Shown here: piece after piece, positions 36,594 through 54,671 of the stretch
How positions within the stretch are numbered: position 1 is the stretch's first letter
How the letters are laid out: each line of letters begins with the position of its first letter
Source of the DNA: Paraspadella gotoi
Lineage: Eukaryota; Animalia; Chaetognatha
Length of the DNA: 64,000 nucleotides
NCBI GenBank assembly: GCA_051294375.1
Contig: CM119266.1
Coordinates: forward strand, 4,041,884-4,105,883
Reading direction: 5' to 3'
Notes under the pieces: model-generated
Database searches by the model: none
Told to the model about the DNA's origin: nothing
Seen by the model: only the letters and a program-made list of their open reading frames with translations
Made by a program: the position numbers and the translations under genes

Positions 36594-38830
36594 TCCGCCC
36601 CCGCGCCGTCGCTTGACTGGATACCGCCGGATCTTTCTTTTTTCTTTCTTTCTTTCTCTTTCTTTCTTTTTTTTTTCAGAAAAACATCGACTGGACGTGA
36701 CGTTTGGATTTTTCCTCAGTTTAAAAAAAAAAACTCCGATGTAAAGTTTATTTTCCTTTCGCGAGGGAAGAAACAATAATAACGAAAAAAATAAAAGAAA
36801 AAAAAAATTTGGTTTTAAAAAAAGTTTTGATTAAATGAAATAATTTTTTTTGAAAGGCTATTGACGCATCTAATATTCAAGTCCGAGAAACTCCGGTTGG
36901 AAGAGTCAACGTCTGTAAAGTTTACAAAATCATCTTATATTTATTTTTGGAGGGAATTTTCATTTCTCTTTTACTAATTTTTTCATCCTTTTTCCTTCGT
37001 ATCTACGAATATAATTAAATTTAATTAAAGGATATTTAAAAAAAAATAAACCAAACAAAAAAATGCAACATAGACGTCGCGAATAAAAAAAAACCCAGCG
37101 NNNNNNNNNNNNNNNNNNNNNNNNNNNNNNNNNNNNNNNNNNNNNNNNNNNNNNNNNNNNNNNNNNNNNNNNNNNNNNNNNNNNNNNNNNNNNNNNNNNN
37201 NNNNNNNNNNNNNNNNNNNNNNNNNNNNNNNNNNNNNNNNNNNNNNNNNNNNNNNNNNNNNNNNNNNNNNNNNNNNNNNNNNNNNNNNNNNNNNNNNNNN
37301 NNNNNNNNNNNNNNNNNNNNNNNNNNNNNNATACTAATAAGTTTAATGACTAATTCAATTCGATGAAAAGAAAGAAATATAAAATTCTGTCTTGGATTTC
37401 GTTTCTTCATCGATGCGATTGCAAACCACAACGAAACTAAATAATAAATAAATAAATAATNNNNNNNNNNNNNNNNNNNNNNNNNNNNNNNNNNNNNNNN
37501 NNNNNNNNNNNNNNNNNNNNNNNNNNNNNNNNNNNNNNNNNNNNNNNNNNNNNNNNNNNNNNNNNNNNNNNNNNNNNNNNNNNNNNNNNNNNNNNNNNNN
37601 NNNNNNNNNNNNNNNNNNNNNNNNNNNNNNNNNNNNNNNNNNNNNNNNNNNNNNNNNNNNNNNNNNNNNNNNNNNNNNNNNNNNNNATTTTTTGGGGGAA
37701 ATGGTCTGTTTTTGAGATGGAGTTTTACGATGCGCCTCCCCTCGTGACGCCACTGACGCCTCCCTTCAGAGCTTCGATCCTAATGCGATTTTAATGAGAC
37801 GAACAACGCGTTTAGTGTCTCCCCTTCAGACGATGAATCAATTCCGCCATGAAAACTTTTTTTTTAAGTCGCGGCGCGAGTTTATAGTAAAAATGATATA
37901 TATTCGAAAATATTCATGTTTATTCCCTTCATCTTTACTTAAAAATAAATAGTACATGTATATTTATGCTTACTTTTGAAAAAAATAATATGCAAATTAA
38001 GTTTGAAATGAGACACATGAAAAACAAGTGATTAATCCAACAAATTATTCGCTCAGGTTAAAAAGTGAAAGTGAATAAAGGAAAATAATGTCTGCATTTA
38101 TGCTTTTAAATTCGCGCCATGTCACTATGTCTCTCAATTTAAAAAAAACATACTTTCAACGTGAGTAAACATGAAGGGGAGAGAAAGAAGGAAATAAAGA
38201 TGTGACGATCGAATAAAAATAAAATGAAATGAAAAAGGATGAGAAATTCAAAGTGTGAGGGAATGCGAGAGATGAAGAACGAGTGAGACTTTGTGAATTC
38301 GATTAAAAAGAAAACTTAAGTGAACCTAAAAGTGAAGGGATGTGTTTCACATAGCTTCTTATATTTCCATCCCAATGCGACCTTGCCATGCCATGCCATG
38401 CTAATGCGATCTTGTTAAAAATAGACCAACTTAGCCTCCTCAAAGTCAGGAGCTTTACGGCTTTAATTAATAATTATTAATCATTTATAATCATTAATCA
38501 ATTATTACATTGGTTGTATCAATTTCATGCGTTTTATATTATTTTTTTCTTGTAATGTGAAAACCTACCTCTCTTACAAATTTATCACGCCTTAAAGCCA
38601 CACCAAAATAATATATAAAGTGGCAAGGAATTTCTGCTCCAATTTTCATTCGCGAAAGATCGAGAGATGCAAGAGACTGAACGTCGTGCAAGAGGGAGAC
38701 GTAACCGCAACTACGAATCAATTATCGAATCCACAAAAGAAAAAAGAAATTGCGAAACGAAAACAAACACTCGTCATTCTTTGAAAGATTTTTCAATTCC
38801 TGTTCGCCACGCCCCCTTTTCAATCGCGCT

Positions 38831-38899
38831 CTCCGATTGGTCGACAAGAGAAATGTCTTGATCTCCGATTGGTCGAAGAAAGCGGCGGGCGAATTTGAA
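38831..38899 (+). promoter_or_regulatory. CCAAT-CCAAT plus CDE/CHR promoter-like module
   Basis: CTCCGATTGGTCGA occurs twice, with ATTGG at 38836 and 38868 (32 bp apart). It is followed by GGCGGG-CGAA-TTTGAA at 38884-38899. Confidence 0.55.
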
Positions 38900-38943
38900 T
38901 GAAGCGCCCGAGAAAATAAAGTTAAATTCATACACTCTCTCTC

Positions 38944-39029
<86 letters not shown>

Positions 39030-39311
39030 CCGCCTTTTGTCTTTTGTTTCCGCGAAGAGAAAACAGACGTCACTTTTCTATCGACCTTACCTTTCTCGCT
39101 CGCTACAACAACAACAACAACAACAATAATAATAACAACAACAACTGGAACAATATCATCAGCTGTATCAGCAGCAGCAAAAGCAGTAGCAGCAATAAAA
39201 CCTGCAGCAGGAGCAGCAGCAATCAAACCTGCAGCAGGAGCAGCAGCTTTGTCATTCGTGTCTCCCAACTTTTTTTGTGGGCAGAGATGACGTCATATTC
39301 GTCGCCATCTA

Positions 39312-39357
<46 letters not shown>

Positions 39358-39455
39358 CGTAGTAGTGCCGTCACAAAACCAGTTAAAAAAACCAGCGGGT
39401 GGCGCCGCCTCTCGCCGCTTTCGAACAACGACGCAAATTGTCTTTTTTATTCTGG

Positions 39456-39525
<70 letters not shown>

Positions 39526-40011
39526 TTAGCAAATGTTTCGTAATCTTTTTTTTGGGGAGATTAAAGAGGACGAATTATTGTCTTCGACTTTTAAGAGAAA
39601 TTATCTTTGGGGGAGAAAAGTTTGCAGGTTTTTGTCGTCGTCGTCGTCGTTTTTTTCGATTGGTTTCTTATTTTAAATTCAGTATAGCGGTACGAGACTT
39701 TTAAACCGGAGTGATATAAAAGAAGTATGTTTATTTTTTTTTAAAAGTAACAGATTTTCGAAAAAAAAAATCAATAGAGCGTTTTAAATCTTTAAAAACG
39801 TTTATGACGAAAAGGAAATGAAAAGAATAAACGATTGAGAATTGATGACGGTTACGATATCCCTTGACTCGGCCGCTATTGCATCCATGCATCAGTGTCC
39901 ATCCTTCTGCAGTCGATGAATTAGTTTAGATCCTTTGATTTATCGATTGCAATTTCCAAGATTCGCGATCTTCGAATTGCGTTGGGCGCGTCACCATCTC
40001 AGTTCGATGAA

Positions 40012-40048
<37 letters not shown>

Positions 40049-40293
40049 TTTTGACGGCGAACTGCGCTGCGACGATGTTAATTTTACGACGAAGCTAATT
40101 CACCTCTGACAAAATGCAATCTGATACGGAGAAAGTCTACTTTTTTACGTCCATACACAAGCATTATATACATATAATTACAAAACAAGCAAAGTTGATG
40201 GTGGTTTAAGCTGCAGCAAAGTTTACCACAACGAAGACGCCAAGCGACTCCATCTCTCTCGTTGTCAGAAAATTGATGGGGAATAATTAAAAG

Positions 40294-40330
<37 letters not shown>

Positions 40331-40783
40331 NNNNNNNNNNNNNNNNNNNNNNNNNNNNNNNNNNNNNNNNNNNNNNNNNNNNNNNNNNNNNNNNNNNNNN
40401 NNNNNNNNNNNNNNNNNNNNNNNNNNNNNNNNNNNNNNNNNNNNNNNNNNNNNNNNNNNNNNNNNNNNNNNNNNNNNNNNNNNNNNNNNNNNNNNNNNNN
40501 NNNNNNNNNNNNNNNNNNNNNNNNNNNNNNNNNNNNNNNNNNNNNNNNNNNNNNNNNNNNNNNNNNNNNNNNNNNNNNNNNNNNNNNNNNNNNNNNNNNN
40601 NNNNNNNNNNNNNNNNNNNNNNNNNNNNNNNNNNNNNNNNNNNNNNNNNNNNNNNNNNNNNNNNNNNNNNNNNNNNNNNNNNNNNNNNNNNNNNNNNNNN
40701 NNNNNNNNNNNNNNNNNNNNNNNNNNNNNNNNNNNNNNNNNNNNNNNNNNNNNNNNNNNNNNNNNNNNNNNNNNNNNNNNNNN

Positions 40784-44280
<3,497 letters not shown>

Positions 44281-44782
44281 TGTAATCTCTCTTTTTCCTA
44301 CCCCTAGCTGTTTTTCCAGCCAAGCCAAAAGGCAGCTACCCTCAATTCTTTTATTATTAAAGCCAAAAGTTCTTCCTCTTTAAAAATAAATAAATAATTT
44401 TCGATCGATCGACCCTTTGATTCAAAATCCTTGAATTGACAGAAAGAAAAAAGATTTTCTCTATTTTGATCAAACATAATTGAAGTTTTTGATTGAAAGG
44501 ACAAACGAAATTCGCGGAAGGAAAGCTTCCTGTCTTTACGACCTTTTTATTTATTTTTAATATATATTTATTTTTAATAATTATATTTATAGTTATAATT
44601 AAAATGGGTAACGAAGTGTGAAAGTGTAAACGAATAAAGAATAACGAATTTATATTTTTAGCTCATTTTTAAAAATTTCAGCCCGACTACAGAATTTACC
44701 GACAATATCAACGCCGCCCGACGCTCCTCGGCCCGACGCCGCCCGACGCCGCCTCGCGGTCACGCCCCCGTCGCCCACCGTC

Positions 44783-44797
44783 GCGCCCCCTGGCGGC
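44783..44797 (-). promoter_or_regulatory. CTCF-like motif upstream of hedgehog
   Basis: Minus strand GCCGCCAGGGGGCGC inside a CpG-rich block, 1.5 kb upstream of the hh ATG. Confidence 0.55.
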
Positions 44798-44944
44798 GAA
44801 ACTCGTGACCTCGTACGCCGCTTGTCCGCTTCACTCAGCGGGCGGGCTAAGTGAAACCGCCGCCAATCTGGACGGGACGGTTTCGTCTCGCTCTCTATGT
44901 CTCACTCGCTCGCTCTCTGTCTCGCTATCGTGTCTTCGATCTTA

Positions 44945-44990
44945 GATCGTCCGAGTCGCGGGTTCGAGACCTGCCTCCCGCAGATTTTTG
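44945..44990 (+). mobile_element. tRNA-derived SINE-like remnant (Pol III B box)
   Basis: GTCGCGGGTTCGAGACCTGC forms a T-arm-like hairpin followed by TTTTT. Similar B boxes occur at 50858-50885 (-), 48190-48245 (-) and 53231-53246 (+). No full cloverleaf. Confidence 0.35.
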
Positions 44991-45105
44991 GCTGTTGTCT
45001 TCTTAACGCAATCGAGGATCAAAATCATTCACATCAAAAGTCGCTATCATAGAAAATCAATATTTTTCATCCAAGTCTTTTTAATTTATTACTTTTAATT
45101 TTTTT

Positions 45106-45169
<64 letters not shown>

Positions 45170-45238
45170 TTATCCCTTTCTTTATATACATATAACTTTT
45201 CTTTCATTTTTTCTTCAAATTTTCTCACTTTCTTAATT

Positions 45239-45310
<72 letters not shown>

Positions 45311-45510
45311 TCCTTTCTTTCTTTCTTTCTTTCTTTTTCTTTCCTTTATTTCTTTCTTTCTTTCTTTCTTCCCTTCCTTTCTTTACTTTATTTTCTTTCT
45401 TCCCTTTCTTTCTATCCATATAACTTTTCTTTCATTCTTTCCTTCAAATTTTCTCACTTTCTTTCCTTCTTTCCGAAATCCCGCGTTCCCGATTTGACGG
45501 AGAGATCGAG

Positions 45511-45579
<69 letters not shown>

Positions 45580-46162
45580 CGGACGACAGAGAGAGAGAGT
45601 TTTTCTCATCCGTCCATCGCGCTCTTCCTCCTCCTCCTCCTCCTCTTCTTCCTCCTCCTCCTCCTCCGCCGTCAACGTCTTTGGAGTCAACTTAAGCCGC
45701 TGCCCTCTCTCTCTCTCTCTCTGTGTCTCTCTCTCTCTTCTACTGGACATCATTTTGCGTGATTCGTCTCACTCTTTAAAAGACTTCCTCGAATATTATT
45801 TTTCTGGCGATTCATCTCTCTTCGACTCCGTCTCGCTCTCTCGACTTCGATTCTGTATTTAGAGTCTAACTTACCTTTCGAAACTTATTCTCCATAAAGA
45901 GAACTTACCCTCAAAAACTTTGGTCATTCGAATTCGAATCTCGAGACAAAATAATCGATTTTTAAAAAAACGTGAAAGATTTATTTTTTCTTAGAAAAAA
46001 AAAGATAAAATCGTCGGAGAAGCAAAAAAAAAAAAAAAAAGAACAAAAGAACAAAAAAAAGAAGAACAAAAATCTTTATTTAAAAAATCGTCGGCATCTT
46101 CTTTCTTCTTTTTCTCTTTTCTTTTTTTCCGCCTTTAAAATTTTCTTTACTTCCACTTCATC

Positions 46163-46252
<90 letters not shown>

Positions 46253-46314
46253 CATTTCCGCCTTTCCCCCCCTTTAAAAGCCCTCCTCCCCCCTCAAACT
46301 TTTCGTGTCCAAAA

Positions 46315-46914
46315 ATGGACCCCGCGTCTCCTCGTCCCATTTCCGACTCCCTCTCCCGTCGAACCCCCTTCTCTTCCTCCGCCGACGAAAACCGGAAAAC
46401 TCTTGAGACCGATAAGCGCGCTGCGATCGACGTCACCGACTCGATCGGCGGTCCGCCGCACCGCGCCACCGTCCACTCCCCGCCCACCGCTACGCCTCCT
46501 TTCGCCGCCACGGATTCCCTTCTTCGTCTCTCGCGCTTCCATCTACCGGAGGAACAAACTCTCTCTTCCTCTCCCTCTCGCCGTCCTCTCGCCTTCCTCC
46601 CTCTCTCCCTCTCCCGTCACCTCCTCCTCCTCTTCCTCCTCGCCCTTCTCGGCACCGAACTAGCCCTTCCCGGCGCCGAGGCCTGCGGACCCGGACGAGG
46701 CCGCGCCGGAAAGCGTCGGCGTCGCAAACACACGCCCCTCGTTTATCGGCAACACGTCCCCAACGTGGCGGAGAACACGTTGGGCGCGTCAGGTTTGCCT
46801 GAAGGAAAGATCGAGCGCGGAGACCGAAAGTTCAAGGAATTAGTGGAGAATCGAAATCCCGACATCGTCTTCAGGGATGAAGAGAAGTCGGGCGCCGATC
46901 GGATCATGACTTCG
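46315..46914 (+). CDS. hh: Hedgehog, exon 1 (signal region plus start of Hh-N); later exons not seen in window
   Basis: Hydrophobic [11 protein letters not shown], then [37 protein letters not shown]...[27 protein letters not shown] donor at 46915 matches the conserved hedgehog intron-1 position. Confidence 0.96.
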
Positions 46915-47921
46915 GTTAGTACATTTTAAAATATTTTGGGGCGATTTTTTAAGTTGGCGCTATAAGTTCTTTATTTCGGTCGGTCTGTCTATCTGTTTAT
47001 ATATGATATATTATTATGCCGTTATTTGTTTTACTTTATTGGTCTTTTACTCTCTTTTCTGAAGTTATCCTGAAATTTTTCTAAAAATACTGATATTATA
47101 ATGAACTTCCCTCTCTTAACTTAGCAATTTTGGCCATTTGTTAACTAGCATTCAATATTTTAAACATCTTAACTTGGTCATCACTTTTTTTTACGTTTTA
47201 CGTTTGACGTATTTTGTCACGTCAATAACTTTCAGTACCATTTTTTCCGTTACTATTCTTTCCATATCTTACTTAACGTTAACCGCCGATGAACCTCGAA
47301 ATCGCGAGAAGAACAGAATTTAAGTCTCAACATTTTTTTCCTAAAAAATATTTTAAAAAATTCAAATCGAGGCGCGGTCCAAACCGTCACGTAGTAAGCG
47401 GTGACGTTTTTCGACTCACGTGTTTCGATTCCCGGCGAAGAAAAAAGTCTTAATCCAAACTACGGAACTATTTTCTTGGCAAGAAGCGTTCCTCTCGAGT
47501 TTAAAAGTCACAGACTTAATTTTTTTCTTGATTAAATCAGTTTAGAAAAAAATTAGATAACGGATAGAAAAAGGGGGGACGCATTTCTTGGCCCCCTTCA
47601 TCTTAAAAAGAAGATAAGCTCCTTTTTATTCTTTGATTTAAATTAAAAAATAATTTTTTTTATAAATATATTTTTTTTCATATAAAAACGACATTAATTT
47701 AATATATTTTTTCTCTCTTTCCACCCGGAATTGTTTTAATGTTTTTTTAATTTTTTTTTGTTTTTTATTCTTTTACCTTTCGCCACAAACTTTTTCAAGC
47801 AAGATCAAATTACTAATAAATAAACGTCAGATTTCACAAGTTGAGATCTGTGAAAAAGACCAGGAAAGTTCGAAAATGAATATCACCCATTGTCCCCCTT
47901 CCTTTTTTTTCTTTTTTTTTC

Positions 47922-48025
<104 letters not shown>

Positions 48026-49302
48026 GTTGCATCTGCATTGACTCGAAAAACGTTTCCTGCTGATTTTTTTCTCTGTCGCTTGAGGACCAACTCCGCCTTT
48101 TTTGTTGTCGTCATCGTCGTCGTCATCGACCTCGTAAAAGTATGTGGTTCTCTAACGAGTCTGTCCCCTCGCGATACCCAAACGTGAGGCATTTGACCCG
48201 GGTCGCTTAGGAACCGTTGGGAGCGAGAACCGAACCCGGGACCCGCGGATGGAATTGAACCAAGAGAGTAAAAGAGACCCAATGTCGCTTCTATCTGACG
48301 AATCAATTCTGACAGAAGGAGAGACACATCACTCATTAGATTAAGATTAAAATTAAGATTAAGATTAAGATTAGAAAGAACCTCAACTAAATTTCAGACT
48401 AAAATACTTTTCTGAATTAAAGATTTCAACGATGGAATTTCTTTAAGATAATAATATTATTATATTTATATATATATAATTAACTGCGATTTGGAATAAT
48501 TTCTCCAAAAAACGGAAACCGTCATTATTTTCACCCGAACCCTTTTCAATTAACTGCCGTTCGCCGTCCGCCGCTCGCCATCCGCCTCTCGCCGTCCGTC
48601 TCTCGCCGCTCGTCGCCCGCCGCTCGCCGCTCGCCGCCGCCAAACAAAAAACCGTAAAACGCGTGTGACGAAAAAATGAGATTTTGTCGATTTTGAAATT
48701 CTTGACGTCTTTTGTTGTTGATGCCGACGCAAAAGATTTTGGGAGAAAAAATAACGAAAAAGAACAAAAAGAGAACAACTTTTTTCTTCTGAGTTTTGAT
48801 TTAAAAAAACAATAAATTGTTAAATAAAAAAGAAGTAAGTATAGATAGATGCCTTTTTACCCTTTTATTTATGTTTTTTTAGTTCAAAAGGTAAAATAAA
48901 AAATAGAATTAAATAAAGAATTTTTTTAAAGAAAGAAAAAAGGATTTTCGTTCGAATCCGACTTAATATCTAAATTTTCTTTTCTTTCTTTTATTTTTCT
49001 TTTATTTTTCTTCTTTTTTTGTTTCCATCAAATATTTTCTTTTTCTTTTTTTTCGTTTCTTTTCTTCTTTGATCACGAAATTTTCGCGAGAATCGAAAAA
49101 TGACAAAAATGACGCGGATTTTTAGGGATGACAGAGAGCGAGAGAGAGAGAGACAGAGACGGAGATGATGACAGAATCGCTGACGTAGACGGAGATCGAC
49201 GATGACAAAGAATTAAAAAACCTTAAATAGTAATCGTAATGACGAAATGGTTTTTAGGTGAGAAATAAACACATCAAAAAATTGATGATTGTTTGTTTGA
49301 CA

Positions 49303-49437
<135 letters not shown>

Positions 49438-49504
49438 ACCACTCCTTTCCCCTTTTTTCTCATTTCCTAGTCTCATGTCGCAACAAAGTTCAAAAAATAA
49501 AATC

Positions 49505-49982
49505 GGCCTTATTTTCCAAGAACGCCCAATTTTATCTTAAATTCGAAATTATATTAATTTTATCAGTTAAAGATTAGGTTAAAGGTTAAGGCTAAGGATT
49601 AAATTAGTAAATAGAGTTAATTATTAGGGTTAGAGACAAGGATTTAAGGTTAAGGGTTACGGATTGAAATTAAGCGTAAGCATATCAGGTTAGGGTTTAG
49701 AATTAGAGTTTGAGAATAGGTTTAGGAATTTGTGTTAAGGATTAGGTTATAAATTTAAAAATATATTAAGGTTAAATACTAGGCATCATGAATTCCTTTC
49801 TTTTCGTTGTGTTTATTAACTAGTAGAAGACGTTTACAACAACAATTTTTTATTGTATCGAATGTATATGTTTTGGCTCTATACAAGCCTTTTAAACGTC
49901 TTCTACTAAGGTTAAATACTAAAATTAAAATTAAATTCCGGAATAAAACAACAGAAATGGGGCGCTTCTGGAAAATAAGGCC
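49505..49982. mobile_element. MITE with 23-bp TIRs and internal degenerate TTAGG(G) repeats
   Basis: Left TIR GGCCTTATTTTCCAAGAACGCCC (49505-49527) and right TIR GGGCGCTTCTGGAAAATAAGGCC (49960-49982). TTAGG/TTAAGG units span 49570-49780. Confidence 0.7.
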
Positions 49983-50134
49983 CAAAAATAAAATGGGCGA
50001 AAAATAAGGCCCAAGGAATCCAATAAACACCTTCCAACCTATTTCATTCATTTTCCTTTTCTTTACTTTCTTTTTCCTTTATATTTTTTACGCATCACGG
50101 CGGGGTCTCTTTCCCTTACCCAATGTCTCAAATG

Positions 50135-50253
<119 letters not shown>

Positions 50254-51145
50254 GGTTCCACTTCAACCAATTTTCGTTTGTCGCAAAGATGAGAAAAAAG
50301 TCTCATCAACTTGTTCCGCCGCCGCCGCCGTCGCCGCCATCTCAGCAGCATCCGCGCTGCCGCAGCAGCATGCAGCAGCCTCCGTCCCCCTCACGTTTTT
50401 TTTCTTTTCTCGCGTCACGTAAAACAATTAATCGTAACAAAAGACTTAATATATTTTCTTTTATTTTCTTTTTTTTTCGTCTTTTGATTTGAAAAGAAAA
50501 TCGAGAATTCGTCGGGAAGATGAAAAGAGGTGAGAGAGGGCGAGAGGATGGGCGAGAGGACGAGCCGAGAGGTCAGAGGACGAGCGATAGGGGCAAAAAG
50601 ACAGACGAACGAGAAGAAGGCCAAACGGGAGAGAGAATGGAGAAGGGGCAAGATGTTGGGTGGAAGAACGGGCAAGAGAACGGGCTAGGAGAACAAGGAG
50701 AGGAGAGGAGAACGGATGAAAGGACGGGAAAAAGGACAGGGAACGGACGAAAGAACGGGCAAGAGGATCGGGAGAAAACGAACTTTTTGAATCTTTGCAT
50801 CACGAAACGGGTCCTTGGATTGGAAAGTCTCTGTGGGCCGACCACGTCCTTAAGTCGGTTGGGATTCGAACCCCGGACCCCGGACCCCCATCCCCCATCT
50901 TTTACTTCCGTAGTAATTGACAACTCTTCGGTTCCAACTTCTTAGCTTTAAAAAGTCTAAAATCGATCGTCGTCGTTGTTGTTGTTGTTCTTGTTGTTTA
51001 CAGTTCTAAGTAGTGTATCAAGATGGATTCAGATTTTCAAANNNNNNNNNNCTATGTCTGTATATTACTAACTTTTGGGTCTATTCTAAGTCATCATCTG
51101 CCTCGTTTCCGTTTTAGAGTCGTCATATTTTTTGGTGACCCTTGT

Positions 51146-51178
<33 letters not shown>

Positions 51179-52613
51179 TTATATAATTTAAAGGAAGCGG
51201 TTGACTCAGGGAATCAGGGGTAGGACGGGGTGGAGGAGGAGGAGGAGGAAGAGAAGGAGGAGGAGGAAGAGGAGGAAGAGGAGGAGGAAATAGGCTCACC
51301 CGGGGGGCGGGGACAGTCGCTGTCCCTCCCGCCGAGGATGGAACTTTGTCACTTGGGTGACAGAGTCAAAGGAAAAAAAAAGGAAAAAAAAAGAAAAACA
51401 AAAGAGAAAAACAAATTTAAAGAGAAAAAAAAAAGAAAAAAGAAAAAAAAAGTAAAAACAAAAGAAAAAAAAGGGGAAAAAATCGGGTGAAAAAATTTAA
51501 AGGAAATAAAAAGAATTCAACTGAAGATTTTGAGTCAAAATCGTGATTTTTTTGTCACTCTCCTTCACGCCCGTTGGAGGAAGTGGTGACTGATTAAGTT
51601 TTTGAGGTGAGTGAATGAGTGAATGAATGGGTTAATGAATTAGTCAATGAGTTTGTGAATGAATGGCTGAATTAGTGAATGAGTTATTTAGTGAGTGAGT
51701 GAATTTGTAAGTCAATATGTGATTGAATGAACGAGATATCAAATTAGTAAGTGAATGAGTGAGTGAATGAGTAATTGAAAGACTCGGTAAGTCAATGAAT
51801 GAATGTGAATGTGTGATTGAATTAGCGAGGTCCTCGAAAATGGGTTTTTGCGGTGAAGGAAGTGAAGGAAGTTACTTTGAGGACTTTTTTCCTTTATCGT
51901 CGTAGCGCCTTGTAGATAACGACGACGACGACGACGACGACGACAACGGCGACGGCGACGAAAATCAATCGGCAGCCAAATCTTCGATTATTCGTAAAAA
52001 CCTGAAGAAGTTTGAGGAATTTTTCTTATCCAACGTCGATCGGTGAGAGAGTTTTTTTTTAGTTTCGCCGCGAGCACTCGCGGAGAAAAAACTCTCTCGT
52101 GTTACTTTTCGGTCGGTCGGTCCATCTCTCTGTTCACTAACCTATAAATATGCTCATAGGTTGTGTAGTTATATTTGGTGGAGGGGTTGTGTACCACCCG
52201 ACGCTTGTAATGCATTTTGTTAACTTAACAAAACATAATAATTTATTAGCTTAATAAAAGAATCAATACGTCGCAACAAAATAAAATTCTTTCTGTTTTT
52301 CCTTTTTTTTTCTGTCGCTCGAATTTCTAAAACCGTGACTTTGCAAGAAAATTTACAAACGCGAAAAAAAAAGGAAAGAAATGAAAAAAAAAGAAAAGAA
52401 AAAAGAAAGAAAGAAATCCTGAAAAATCGTGAGACGATTTAAGGCGTAAATAATCTGCACCCCCCTCTACACCCCCCTGTACACCCCCCTTTAGACCTCC
52501 ACCCCTCAACACCCCCCCTCCTTTCCAGTCACCCAGAAATAAAAATAAAGTGAATAACTAAATCAGTCATAAAATTCACAAAACGCGTCGTGTTTGACAA
52601 ATTCTTAAAAGAA

Positions 52614-52699
<86 letters not shown>

Positions 52700-53035
52700 C
52701 CACGCCTTGGAATCCCCAAAAAGTCTCTTTCTCTCTCCGTTATTATTTCCATTGGACGCAATCGCGGCACAACATTTGCAAATATTTCGTCTTTTCAGAT
52801 CTGAGTCAATAACGAGGTTGTCCCCCCCTGTTTGGTTCTGGGATTAATGGGAGAAAAGGGAGAGAGAGAGAGAGAGAGNNNNNNNNNNNNNNNNNNNNNN
52901 NNNNNNNNNNNNNNNNNNNNNNNNNNNNNNNNNNNNNNNNNNNNNNNNNNNNNNNNNNNNNNNNNNNNNNNNNNNNNNNNNNNNNNNNNNNNNNNNNNNN
53001 NNNNNNNNNNNNNNNNNNNNNNNNNNNNNNNNNNN

Positions 53036-53069
<34 letters not shown>

Positions 53070-53300
53070 AGAAAGGGTGACTCGATCTCTTTTTGCCTTC
53101 GGAGCAACTGAGACACTCGATAGGTAAAAGGTAAAGCGTTAGTGAGAGCGACCAAAAAGTAGGGGCGAGACTGACCAAAAGGTGAGGCCAAAATGTCAGG
53201 CCAAAAGTGAAACAAAGAATGTCTGATAGAGGTCAGGGTTCGATGCTGTACGGCATCGGAAAATTATTATTGTAAAGGTGAGAAAAGGAAATGATTTAAG

Positions 53301-53339
<39 letters not shown>

Positions 53340-53410
53340 NNNNNNNNNNNNNNNNNNNNNNNNNNNNNNNNNNNNNNNNNNNNNNNNNNNNNNNNNNNNN
53401 NNNNNNNNNN

Positions 53411-53512
53411 GGAGAGAAGAAGAAACGTCGCATTGCGAGATAAAAACGTACGGTCTCACCGTAGACGCACAGCAGAGGAGAGAGAGGAGCAGGACGAGTA
53501 AGATGAAGAGAT

Positions 53513-53552
<40 letters not shown>

Positions 53553-54260
53553 GACATCCCACCTCCTAACTCTTTCTTCTTCTGTCACAAGAAGAAAGGT
53601 TTACATTAATTATCTTCGTTTGTGAAACAAAAGCCGACAATTTTTTTCTTTTTTCTTTTTTTTTGAGAGAGGCGCGCGATTCTATTCTTTCTTTTTTTTC
53701 ATTTTTTCTTTTTTGATAAAGACGTTTTTATCCAGTCTATCCAGTATCCAGTCGATTCAGTATCGAGTCTATCCAGTCTATTGTCTTTCTCCTTATCANN
53801 NNNNNNNNNNNNNNNNNNNNNNNGGAGAACGTCGCGTCTCGGAAGTCAAAAAACGTCGCAGACTCCCTAGACGAAGCAGAGAGAGAGAGCGCTATTAGAA
53901 GGAGAGAATGAGATCACGAGACGAGAGAGAGAGGAGAGGACGGTACCGATGACAGGAGAACGGAAGAGAGAGAGAGACTATGACATCTATCCCTCTTCCT
54001 AACTCTTTCTTCTCTCTGCTCACCTAAGAAGAAAGTAGGTTTACATTATATCTATCTGTTGGTGAAACAATAAGGCGCGAATTTTTTTCTTTGGTTTTTT
54101 TTTTTAGAGAGACCGCGCGCGATTTCATTCAATTCTTTCTATTTTTGATTTTTTCGTTTTTGATAAAGACGTTGTTATCCGAGTCATACTCTCAACGTAT
54201 CGCAGTCGAGTATCTCAAGTATTCGCAGTCTATCCAGTTCTAATTGTCTTTTCCTCCTTA
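53411..54260. other. Indel-rich tandem duplicate across 25-N gap
   Basis: 53411-53798 is repeated at 53824-54260 with many insertions. Confidence 0.8.
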
Positions 54261-54640
54261 TAAATGTTTTTTAAAGTATTTCTTATCCCCACTCCCCTCA
54301 TTTAAAAAATCACTCTCATCTACTTCTCGTCGTTGCTCTCTCTCCTCGATCTCTTCTCTCTCTCTCTTCTCTCTCTACCATCTCTCTCGCTCTCTCTCTC
54401 TCTCTCTCTTCTCTGCTTCTTTCTCTCTCTCTCTCTCTCTCCTCTTCTCTCTCTCTCTCTCGTCTCTCTCTCTCTACTCTTCTTCCTCTAATTATGACTT
54501 ATTCCTTCCCGTCTCCGTAAAGTCAATATCAAAAAAACCCCTGCGACGCTCCCCTCGCCCCCTTCCCCCCCCCGCATCTTCACTCCCCCTCTCTTCCGAA
54601 CCCGAAATTCATTACACACGACTCCCCGCTTCAGCCCTTG

Positions 54641-54671
<31 letters not shown>

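Noticed and set aside
38774-39290. Ala-rich ORF (AAAPAAGLIAAAPAAG)
   Set aside because: It is explained by a 27-bp duplication and (GCA)/(ACA) repeats running into (GA)n, with no family similarity.
44945-44990. tRNA gene
   Set aside because: Only a T-arm/B box is present; there is no acceptor stem or D arm.
49570-49780. True telomere
   Set aside because: The repeats are degenerate, internal and enclosed by TIRs.
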